Shown here: piece by piece, positions 38,201 through 44,211 of the stretch
Numbering within the stretch: the first letter of the stretch is position 1
How the letters are laid out: each line of letters starts with the position of its first letter
Source: an uncultured Roseiflexaceae bacterium
Lineage (GTDB): Bacteria; Chloroflexota; Chloroflexia; Chloroflexales; Roseiflexaceae
NCBI GenBank assembly: GCA_903889425.1
Contig: CAISXI010000325.1
Location: 1-44,211 of the forward strand
Reading direction: 5' to 3'
DNA length: 44,211 bases
The notes under the pieces: model-generated
The model's database searches: none
What the model was told of the DNA's origin: nothing
The model's input: only the letters and a program-made list of their open reading frames with translations
Translations under genes and position numbers: made by a program

Positions 38201-41200
38201 TAATTGATTCATATTGAATGCCGTCGTAAACACCCCGACATCATCAATCATGGCACCTTTGGCTGCCACAAATTGCCGTACAGCACCGAGGCTCAAATTG
38301 GCGTTTTGGAGCAGTCCTTGAATGGTAGCGCCCCCTACTTGGGCATTATCGAGATACGCCGCCACCGTTGTGGTCGTCGTCAGCGCGTTGGTGACGAGAC
38401 TTATGGTATGCCATTGATCATCAAGGATGGTCATCGGCAACACCGTGGCAATAGCAGCAGTATCACTAATGGTGGTGCTGACCTGTTGGGTGATTGCGTT
38501 GTAGTTCATGGCAATGCGTACTGCCGCACCACTCACATTCGGGGCAATCGTCAGCAGTCGGCCACTTTGGCTGCCAGTCGGAATTTTGACACGCAGGCTA
38601 TACGTTTTGCCGGTATTTTGCGTTTGCGTAATGGCATAGCCCATATAGACGCCATCGGTTTCTTTGCCGAACTGCATGGCATTGCTAGTAAACCCAGCCA
38701 CAATCGTAGGACACGAGATCCCTGGCGCCGTCAAGGCACCATTACACACCGCACTCTTGAGTGAACGCATCACATCAACCACCGGCAACACACTCTGGTT
38801 GAATGGCACGAAATAGTCAGTCACGGGGGCGAGGTTATCGTTTTCGGCAAAGCCATCATCGCGTACCGCAAAGCGTGTTTGGTGCAGGGTGGTGCCGCTC
38901 CCATTGGCGACATCTTTGCCGATGAGATCACTCGGTGTCAAGAAGTTGGATGACACCATAATGTTGTCGAGGTAGCCACGGAAGGGGTCTTCCACAGCCG
39001 CAGAATTCATGCCAGAACGAATCGCCCCGATCAACAAATCATCGGCTTCGGCAGGAGTATCAGCATCGACAAACGACGTTTGCACCAATGGCAACATAGC
39101 GGTATAACTGGTACCAACTTGCAGACCCATTTTGCGGTCAGCTTCGGTATAAATCAGGTTGTACCAGGTATCTTTCACGAGTGGCGGAGTGCTAATGGTT
39201 TTGTTGCCACGGTAGACCGACACCGTATAACCGGTACCGTTGAGCATCTTTGTGGCCTTGACACGGATGCGTGGGTTACTCGCGATACCACTACTCAACA
39301 ACGTGCCTGAATCATTTATTTTGAATTGCATGGCAATACTAAACACGTTATCAATCGCCCCAGTGGCATTGTGCACACTAATAAATTGATTCGTGCCTTC
39401 AATATTGAAACGGGCAATCCGTTGACCGTTCGTCATGTCGTAGGCAACAGTGGGACAGGTACTACAATCACTGACATAGCGGGTATTGGCGCGATTATCG
39501 AACTCTTTGTCACCATCATCAGACTCGAAATCGAGCTTGACCCGCAAGCCACGTTGCAAGGCAGGACGTCCGTCATACAGGTCTGACACACGCCCAGTAA
39601 TGCTGTTATTGGTCAGGTTACTCGGACCCACCAAATACAAATTAGCCGTGAGCGGAGAGGGGTTGACGATGACGTCGTGCGGGGGTGCACTGTCGATTTC
39701 GATCGGGTTTGCCGTCCCTGCCAACGCCAACGTGGCCTGATTCCCCATTTGGTCTTTGACATTTACATCTAAGAGGTAAAATCCATTGGGATTCGCCAAC
39801 GGAATCGCCAAATCGCTCTGCCACTTACCATTGACGACTGCCGCCGGTGTCGATTTCACAATCGTCGAACCATTGACGTTTTTGAGGGTCAGTGCCACTT
39901 CTTTGACACCACTCCCGGCATAATTCCCCGAATTTCTCAATACCGGATCACGCACGTCAATCCGCAGGCGTAGCAATTGGGTGTTGCTGCCAACCTCGCT
40001 GGTGGTGGTGTAGGGGACGGTAGTAGGAATACCAGCAATCGACATCTTAGGCAATAATAATGTCGCCGTCGGTGCAGTGGTGTCAATAAACACGGTGCCA
40101 CTGCCAATCGCCGCAGTCTGACTCAAGCCACGATTACTGACGGCGTCATAGACGGTCGTCGTAACATCGTATCGGCCTTCACTATTACTTGGCAAAAACG
40201 GACAGTAGGTGACTGCTTTGGGGTCAGCCTTGTCATTAATGGTATCGCTACAGACCGGAGTGCTTTTGAGCTCGATGCCACTCACTATGGTATCGACCCG
40301 CGATATAGCCGAGGTGGCATCGCTGGCACTGATTTGGAACATCTGGCCCGTCCCTGGGGCATATTCGGGGGTGGTCACCGTCACGACGGGATTATCGGCA
40401 TCGACCGTTACACTACCCATCGCCGTATTGACCATGCTCTGGGCATATTGCATGCGTGCGCTGGCAAAGTGGTAATAGCCGGGGAGGCTGCCTGGCGTCA
40501 ACGAGATATCATCAATATCGCCAGTAAATAGATTTACCGGATTGCCATTGGTATCGATTCGACCACCGATAAACATACGATAACTTGAATTAGGTGTCAC
40601 ATTAAAACTGGTGTTCCTATCAAGGTCACTGGCCCGGTCACTGCCGTTGAGATAATACTTAAGGGCTCCACCATTATTCCAACTCATGCTAAGCACATTC
40701 CATGTCATGGGCAGTGGAGTATTGGCGGTATAGGTAACTAGATTAGAAGCATTATCTTTTGCCGTAATCTGCAACTGGCGCGCTGAATTTATCTCAACCT
40801 TTAAGCCGATATCACCACTAGGCGTCCCATAATAAAACACTGTCCCGGCAGCTTTGGGTTGGAGCGTTAGTTGCATGGTGCCACCCACGTCGTTCGACAT
40901 TGCAGACATGATGCTATTGGGGTTCTTGACTTCGAGGATCGACGTCGTGCCATTGAAGCTGGCAGCCAAACCGTTTTGGCCAGCGACCCCAAACATTGGA
41001 CACGTCGCCGTAGCAAACACACCGATACAGGTTGCCGCCGCACTATACCGGGCAATGCCATTCCGCGTTTGATTGCTCTTGGGCGAGGTCAGCGTACCAA
41101 GCACGGCAGTACTATTGTCTGGGAGGCGGGTTTGTTGGACGTTGTAATCTTCGAAATCCAACGCCCAATTCGGTTCCATCGTCAACGGTTTGCTCGGAGT

Positions 41201-44200
41201 AGGCACAAACACGTTATCAGAATCTTTACTCACCGTCAGATTATCGAGATAACCACTATAGCCATAGCCGATTTTGAGGTCACCAATTGGGTCATTTTGC
41301 TGTTCATAGATATGGGTAAGCGCTGCAGGGTTCGATGCCAAATTACGACTGGTAAAGGCACCACCATTCACGGTAATGCTTTCACTATTCAAATCTGTTT
41401 GCACGGTAATGCGTGACCATTGCCCGAGTGGTACGACTTCAGTCGAAATCAACACTGTACTCGGCCAATCATAGCGGCGATATGCGGGGTCGGTAACGTT
41501 GATCAACTTGTGCGGGAGATTAGGGATCTTACTATCCCACCTAAGAATATCGGACCCTTCAAATCGCTGATTCACCGCATGTTTGACAGTGATATGGCCG
41601 GTAGCATCCAAACCAATTTCCATCAATTTATGATCAATGATTCTGCCACCATATGCAGTCGGTTTAATCCAAAAGTCAAACTTGGCCGGAACTTGCGACT
41701 GACCTGCAGGTGTGCCGCCTGTCAAAAATTTCATAAACTGGGTATCGGCAGGTACTGTCAACCATTGGGCAGAATCAATACTATAACTACGTGTCCGTCG
41801 ATAACAATTTGAGTATGGTTTTAGTGGTATATTTGCAATATAAAATTGAGGATGAAAATTATGTAGAAAAGCTCGAACCTCTCTCGAAAAAGGAAAGTCA
41901 CATACCGTATTTGCGGTAGGCAGTATCTGCGCCGGGTTCCACCAATACCAAAATCCATGACCAGGAGTTCCACTCGGAGGATTCGTAGATTCTTTAGGCA
42001 GCTCATTTTTGGGCGTACTATTAAACCACAGCGCATTCCCCGTCACCCCTGGCACACCACTTTGAGGACAGGTGCCGGGTTCACAATTAACCACGATGTT
42101 ATCGGTACGTGGCATGTTAATAATATCTCTAAAGTTGCTCGACAGCGCTGGCTCATCGAATGCCAATTGCATTTGGGTGGTAGGTCCAGCCGTACTATCG
42201 TGCTCGAAATCAAGATCACTCTGGACGACTTTGACGCGTGCCTCGGCATTATATGTCAGCACATCAGTGCGAGGCGTGATACCACTTACACTCGTGCCTT
42301 GGCTCCCCAGCAAACTACTCGCAATCGCACTAATGCTGGCATCATTCAAGACTGTTTTGTAGATACGGAAGTTGACCAGATACGGCGACTGCCCAGCCAA
42401 CGCCGAATGAATGGTAACCGGATCTTGCAAAGACAGCGTTTGGTCATTTAATACCGCACTCATCGGGGCATTCCCTGATTGATACAGCGTAATCCGGTAT
42501 TGTTTGAGCTTGGGCATCATGGTCAAACTCAACACTGCTAACCCAGGGGTAAGTTCACGTGAAATCACCGCAGCCACATTGGGGTCGGTAAAGAACATCA
42601 GCCGTGGGCGACATGAATCGTCCAAACCCAAGCGTGTGCCACCATTCGTTGAGGTCAGGATGGGCAGATAGGCACAATTACTGGGAACTTGGATTTTGCT
42701 TACAATGGTGAAATCTTGTTGATTCAACAATGATTCATAGCCACTGGGGAGGTTCTTTTGAATAGTTGCGGGTTCGCCAACAACCGCAGCGGCCATCCCT
42801 TGGAAGATGGGATTGGGTGACCATGACGCCCGCGTGAGCTTCACTTGTTCGGCGCCACCAAAAACCGAGGCATCTTGGTCAACAGCACCATCATTGCCAC
42901 TGGGATTGACACAGACAATCAGCAAGGCATCGTCACACCCTTGACCCCATGCCAAAATTTGATTTTCGGTGAGCGCATCGCTATATATTTGCACATCGCG
43001 AATCGTCCCCGTCGCATTGAGATTTTGAGCGTTGTCTGAGCCCACATACAATGCAGAAACATTGCTTGCGCTCCGCGTGCCGATAAAATAATCCGGATAG
43101 TATATTCCATTAAACGAATACCCACTAAAATTCGCCAGCAACACGCCGGTGGGGCCTTGCGTTACGGCGATACCATTCACATAGATGGTAGCTACTGATT
43201 TCGCCACCCGATAGGTCAGCTGATACCAGGTATTGTTGCTCAATGCGGTCGGTGCCACAATATCAGTGCTCCCCGGCATACTGATTGACGGCTTATTGTC
43301 GGTTAACCCCAACCGAAACGTGCCCTGATCATTGGCTATCAATGTACGTTTACTGAGTGATGCGGTACCAGTGAATCGGAACCGCAAACCAATCGTAAAA
43401 TCACTATTATCAAGTTGTTGCACCACCTGTGTGGGAATGTTCAACCGTGAAAAATCACTATTTTGACCAAATTCCCAACCATCACTGTTGTAGCGTGGAC
43501 AGGTCGCTTGGGTACCACCAGTGCTATTGGTACATTCAATGACATAGCTGTTTGTAGAAACATCCGTAAAGATTTTTGTTGTTGTGCTCGTATCGGGTTC
43601 ATCTAGCTTCAGACATAATATCGCACCCATATACTGACATCCTTGAGCGAGATAGCGAGTCGCCCCAGTCTGGGCAGGATCAACTATCCCTGGCACCGTC
43701 AGCGTGTTTTGGAAGGTGTTGGCAGCATTGGCAGCCATCGCAAATGGGACAAGATCACGCTTGGTTACTACATTTGTATTGCCACTTTGAGACGAAAAGG
43801 TAGTATATCCCTGTAAACTACGACCAAGTAATTCGTTTTTGAGGCTTGCTTGGAGCGTCACCCGGTCACCAGGGCGGACCACATTATCGCTACGATTTGA
43901 CAACCTACCCAACTGCAGTTGATTAACTTCACTTGCCGTTAATGCCGTATTAAAGAGTACGACATCGTCCATACCCCCAAAGAAACGTGCGAAATCGAAA
44001 CAACCATCACAGCCCATCGACATCACGCCACTGGTAATATTTTTGAGCAGGCTAGCTGAACCGATTGGTGTATGAATCTGTGTTTGCACCCCATTTATGT
44101 AGATTTTGATAAATTTCCCGTCAGAAACCAGCGCTACATGCGTCCATTGATTGTCTGGTACCCCGCCATTACTACAAATCGAAGATACAGAAACACAAAT

Positions 44201-44211
44201 TCCTCTGGTAA
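29282..44211 (-). CDS. giant multidomain surface protein, over 4975 aa, 5' end beyond the window: about 9 or more LamG_3 modules, Ig-like domains, two galactose-binding-like (F5/8 type C / F-type-lectin-like) domains, a proprotein-convertase P-domain, an RCC1 propeller
   Basis: ORF track gives 4935 aa from GTG 44089. My translation stays open to 44211 and reads ...NQWTHVALVSDGKFIKIYINGVQTQ..., a LamG core strand, so the real start is off-window. Domain motifs are listed in the findings. The stop TAA (29282-29284) overlaps the SD TAAGGAGG of the next gene. Confidence 0.9.
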   Translation of the reverse strand, partial: TRGICVSVSSICSNGGVPDNQWTHVALVSDGKFIKIYINGVQTQIHTPIGSASLLKNITSGVMSMGCDGCFDFARFFGGMDDVVLFNTALTASEVNQLQLGRLSNRSDNVVRPGDRVTLQASLKNELLGRSLQGYTTFSSQSGNTNVVTKRDLVPFAMAANAANTFQNTLTVPGIVDPAQTGATRYLAQGCQYMGAILCLKLDEPDTSTTTKIFTDVSTNSYVIECTNSTGGTQATCPRYNSDGWEFGQNSDFSRLNIPTQVVQQLDNSDFTIGLRFRFTGTASLSKRTLIANDQGTFRLGLTDNKPSISMPGSTDIVAPTALSNNTWYQLTYRVAKSVATIYVNGIAVTQGPTGVLLANFSGYSFNGIYYPDYFIGTRSASNVSALYVGSDNAQNLNATGTIRDVQIYSDALTENQILAWGQGCDDALLIVCVNPSGNDGAVDQDASVFGGAEQVKLTRASWSPNPIFQGMAAAVVGEPATIQKNLPSGYESLLNQQDFTIVSKIQVPSNCAYLPILTSTNGGTRLGLDDSCRPRLMFFTDPNVAAVISRELTPGLAVLSLTMMPKLKQYRITLYQSGNAPMSAVLNDQTLSLQDPVTIHSALAGQSPYLVNFRIYKTVLNDASISAIASSLLGSQGTSVSGITPRTDVLTYNAEARVKVVQSDLDFEHDSTAGPTTQMQLAFDEPALSSNFRDIINMPRTDNIVVNCEPGTCPQSGVPGVTGNALWFNSTPKNELPKESTNPPSGTPGHGFWYWWNPAQILPTANTVCDFPFSREVRAFLHNFHPQFYIANIPLKPYSNCYRRTRSYSIDSAQWLTVPADTQFMKFLTGGTPAGQSQVPAKFDFWIKPTAYGGRIIDHKLMEIGLDATGHITVKHAVNQRFEGSDILRWDSKIPNLPHKLINVTDPAYRRYDWPSTVLISTEVVPLGQWSRITVQTDLNSESITVNGGAFTSRNLASNPAALTHIYEQQNDPIGDLKIGYGYSGYLDNLTVSKDSDNVFVPTPSKPLTMEPNWALDFEDYNVQQTRLPDNSTAVLGTLTSPKSNQTRNGIARYSAAATCIGVFATATCPMFGVAGQNGLAASFNGTTSILEVKNPNSIMSAMSNDVGGTMQLTLQPKAAGTVFYYGTPSGDIGLKVEINSARQLQITAKDNASNLVTYTANTPLPMTWNVLSMSWNNGGALKYYLNGSDRASDLDRNTSFNVTPNSSYRMFIGGRIDTNGNPVNLFTGDIDDISLTPGSLPGYYHFASARMQYAQSMVNTAMGSVTVDADNPVVTVTTPEYAPGTGQMFQISASDATSAISRVDTIVSGIELKSTPVCSDTINDKADPKAVTYCPFLPSNSEGRYDVTTTVYDAVSNRGLSQTAAIGSGTVFIDTTAPTATLLLPKMSIAGIPTTVPYTTTSEVGSNTQLLRLRIDVRDPVLRNSGNYAGSGVKEVALTLKNVNGSTIVKSTPAAVVNGKWQSDLAIPLANPNGFYLLDVNVKDQMGNQATLALAGTANPIEIDSAPPHDVIVNPSPLTANLYLVGPSNLTNNSITGRVSDLYDGRPALQRGLRVKLDFESDDGDKEFDNRANTRYVSDCSTCPTVAYDMTNGQRIARFNIEGTNQFISVHNATGAIDNVFSIAMQFKINDSGTLLSSGIASNPRIRVKATKMLNGTGYTVSVYRGNKTISTPPLVKDTWYNLIYTEADRKMGLQVGTSYTAMLPLVQTSFVDADTPAEADDLLIGAIRSGMNSAAVEDPFRGYLDNIMVSSNFLTPSDLIGKDVANGSGTTLHQTRFAVRDDGFAENDNLAPVTDYFVPFNQSVLPVVDVMRSLKSAVCNGALTAPGISCPTIVAGFTSNAMQFGKETDGVYMGYAITQTQNTGKTYSLRVKIPTGSQSGRLLTIAPNVSGAAVRIAMNYNAITQQVSTTISDTAAIATVLPMTILDDQWHTISLVTNALTTTTTVAAYLDNAQVGGATIQGLLQNANLSLGAVRQFVAAKGAMIDDVGVFTTAFNMNQLRSLVFGNGPVYFETFDTIDTSADSTRPDDSLFAQPSNYRNTQATPGLVGSGALNSGATTVVNHIDSRGLSWVNPNEPWSISTWLKFNSTSSSGVIARNREGSASGANGAFVLEKIGAKLKFSHWNQSITTGDVITQTTTPMHVVMNSDGKTMALWVDGQNVITGTVATGGNDTITNNLTKLVQTGESPTASSTATGSNRDNAADSNATTVFTTNSETNPWWQYPLGTDPVRIDQIVIRNIPDSATTLHRLHVIVSNDANTSYSTADSSAVWHTFIPGDLGAITVLQLPYGTMGRFVRVQIEGPNQVLALPEIEINQALVLNLNSTTASIDDFRLYRHDLTSVNITTLGAMSWRASALTAREDGFSWQRQLPSGLEIDAKIQSTTTDRNDNTRVGVGEQTLWDGRIDTRAPDVKAREIPIANTNLYSYTVQIDERNLNVNLLQTPCGSRFEKTLSVATSLWYRVRSSAFDGSFIEPTHLDGGCVYGDTPDVVQQLAQPISTTKSIVFGSRYAYAGGVNTVSVIDTQNTVNLVQNSLPVVGTVLQLLMSRNKNRLYALSTSNTPTNRVIITIFDIPTNNSTLTLRGSVAVPLATGATLQDGALTSYYDASVYTDNFLQLLVNSTPQQIISVQVSNPDQPTQITSTSLDASVTSYDMDASYDIVALAQGIGGVAFWQVNPNGTMQYKSSYRTGSYLNRVIFKDTTAIVLDDDEPYTEGMQPTSPNTMRIVPVISSIAAGQATLINPIVAQSNYVHIVPTSTEDVAPYRILDVTPYLGGDVVALSADSSNANRFRLSMISTDSITPTLRSDTLITNANVKRVVSSNNSILTMANSGQASQLQAFVVTDRRLETRLCDQAGNCTEQAPRSRNTLRLSRTAPAQGSVQIINVTNAYTTTTQSLTFHAEAPSGVQTIQMKIDGNAPQTVWTAPSGDPLAAVETDTTLTGLSQTSHTVQGINNFNNLLTAKTQYYAPIIEATLPITDVLHTVGSDSCIAGNTAPGITCPAIVSGFTGNALQLSSATDGIRMGYAITQTMETSRSVSMRIKIPSNGVSGRIATIAPLTGSDPALKLWFDYDSAGNQINTSLVDTSGITQTSPVSIPDTAWHLLTVVSSVVTDSSTVMIYLDGALVESMAGPGLFTNAALVLGAAPLNSAATNVMVDDIAVFSDALTTDNLQNLLAGDVITPKQTVTPVYTFFVDNVAPQITLIDKFIGFNRIIDGIITARLVITDVSDLVSIQTINRLTGSQIGNSDARVGDVTNVSVFYPEAIVQGTVGVITPTLPLSIIATDSAQHTTILNTFIQIDNDPPVVVNGATNAAVNGVITPITANIPVTRTNNLDLHVGWTQLRDLVSVPLKVLEYTVQTITDTQSLTTSVTLGNRSPAMLTREGSRIVPSLRLRDSIGNEGVTALPIVYVDSAVTPDYTQIATTNEIYRGWLGNGCATLGESNVKGLQRFTTTWDSQNLRINWQGADWNVDGDLFIYLDSVDGGTVQPYRPSKYTQTLSDSVALGDAFVTLPVNMAGRSIGLSNSAASWATRLLNAQQAQPRATTIQGADYVIHVQSSDTVTLLRWDSGTSSWVRASMLPEFRYGTQNSINQTDLRIPFSQINYAIGQPFGMVAFASAKTALLPWAVFPTTNPTRLDRGTDKIVLTPLLNGYSWSTLGDGVCPRKDAANPDTTQVVSSLTSTPGGTYQRTIIDNFANTDPDAIANAIMQTQAMCAVLTSDSWCKTVSQLADTTTAGSAILAGFANTLVSQQTPVVGDNSVVTYTLQIQNTSNRPTRPLYGIVRTYGGIWLTGTVNAGATTGIISGNVYDYHTVANPNYYDYQVVKIDRIPANSTQSVIVRAKIDPRKSQPSDADRMKTSTVAKIEVRITDDSSATALNSTARTIEWLNAGIRIDTQAPTLIHADNQQVVRTGNVVLTGSVKDDSTVPNVQLEYRFDSGTTTAIGCGAAVAGQWRCAITVPSTATTMNYRVRASDTYNQLSPWSAWYSAQIDRDKPIFQLDAASINLLGATYVGGKTIQISGLLSDTTSTADMMVCDEQQANCAIASTTSQIRPTTTYTTTVATTMAIAAQPCATTDLEGYTRYPINVTTAGTSRIGALTVNTSIAHGAANEVDVWLESPSGTRVALLNTDRGAGVNIRATFADTAVAGSTTLTGTTALGATYKLVKPDGTLADFASEPGNGTWALLACDRTSNGTNGNITGAELVMTSATNDQSVNAPWTYTLANTANQDNVTRRIQFWAKDVAGNVSNAQNTTIRIDTVAPSITVFQNAVTVLPSTASVPFQGTISDGGQIQSLTANVYAGTSQVATIALTPVDATSNDVKRLNYLLNRALRTYTWNMPLDTTTYAPGNYRVQFVVRDAVGNLRRSDEYTINVPVKTLPSMRDIQVTGSLNANEQTIRYKLDTGYAVTAVNAQIALDSSITTPYTGTVVQGWKDDGTSDTVLQTAIPAAIQTKQITKLDMNNDIAAALDHDGVLYTWPIDTDPDHLLTSNEIAGTTPITNVVQFSIAEQYAWDNYLLTLDRAGRVTEYYRPEGDPHVVKTVVLNTTYQNGKIIGVDAGYRHNVALLSTGKVIAWWHDVCEDLDDPDNDPPAYCDPSSPNYPITIPAKALYGVAQVQAGVDFSVALRNDGTVVAWGSPINNHLAIPSTIKTVTQIAVGAEHVVALQEDGTVVAWGENSAGQTIIPEGLSDVIFVAAGGASSAAVTRSGKVVAWGETDFVKQGGASAVALNYSYCTPADECGTDLVQMGQSPTASSVVQGSNVDYVTDNNSATSFISTLETNPWWQYPLGATSVPVNQIIIGSPRISLLPTTSLHVMVSDNPNTTFSSADWNWHYVTDTVDVNMVLDLPPGITGKYVRLQLEGTNEVLALSGIEIYQTNGNFDVPAQVITVNQTATQTKSQQVNAAVSFNTGTAVFTGVIPGRRYRYTLTATNTQGTQTYTGTFTSNQTFNRLYTPLLSNSSPVAPPASSGR

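Noticed and set aside
44087-44089. GTG given by the ORF track as the start of the giant gene.
   Set aside because: The frame stays open for all 40 upstream codons to the window edge, and those codons encode a LamG core strand. The gene is 5'-truncated by the window.
1-44211. Mobile element or genomic-island boundaries, and tRNA/rRNA genes.
   Set aside because: I saw no integrase, transposase or recombinase motifs, no flanking direct or inverted repeat pairs, and no tRNA-like cloverleaf candidates in the intergenic regions. Composition looks uniform by eye, but I could not compute it.

Overview
The window holds 14 protein-coding genes (13 complete, ppc cut at the left edge, the giant gene at the right). 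I found no rRNA, tRNA, CRISPR array, transposase or integrase. All family calls come from motifs read by eye; no searches were run. Gene content suggests a filamentous Chloroflexota genome, possibly Herpetosiphon-like, but I cannot verify that here.

Left to right:
- 5' part of ppc (-).
- A tightly spaced operon (+) of a double solute-binding lipoprotein, a long-coil HlyD-type adaptor and a double FtsX permease, with no ATPase gene.
- Two paralogous exported proteins (-) sharing Cys/His/Asp motifs and carrying very different low-complexity tails.
- A lone YjhG/YagF-type xylonate dehydratase (+).
- A compact island at 15982-19778: a membrane-anchored Swt1-type HEPN protein with an extracytoplasmic sunset-like domain, a PARG-like TIGR02452 macrodomain protein, an intact HDAC-fold deacylase, and a degenerate second TIGR02452 paralogue. 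A 36-bp perfect palindrome sits between its divergent promoters.
- A triple-FAS1 lipoprotein (-).
- A UvrD-like helicase (-), possibly leaderless.
- A translationally coupled two-gene operon (-) for giant RCC1/LamG surface proteins of 1624 aa and more than 4975 aa.

The best candidate for an undescribed system is the HEPN / macro / HDAC-fold / pseudo-macro island. The runners-up are the giant RCC1-LamG operon and the putative Cys-His-Asp paralogue pair.
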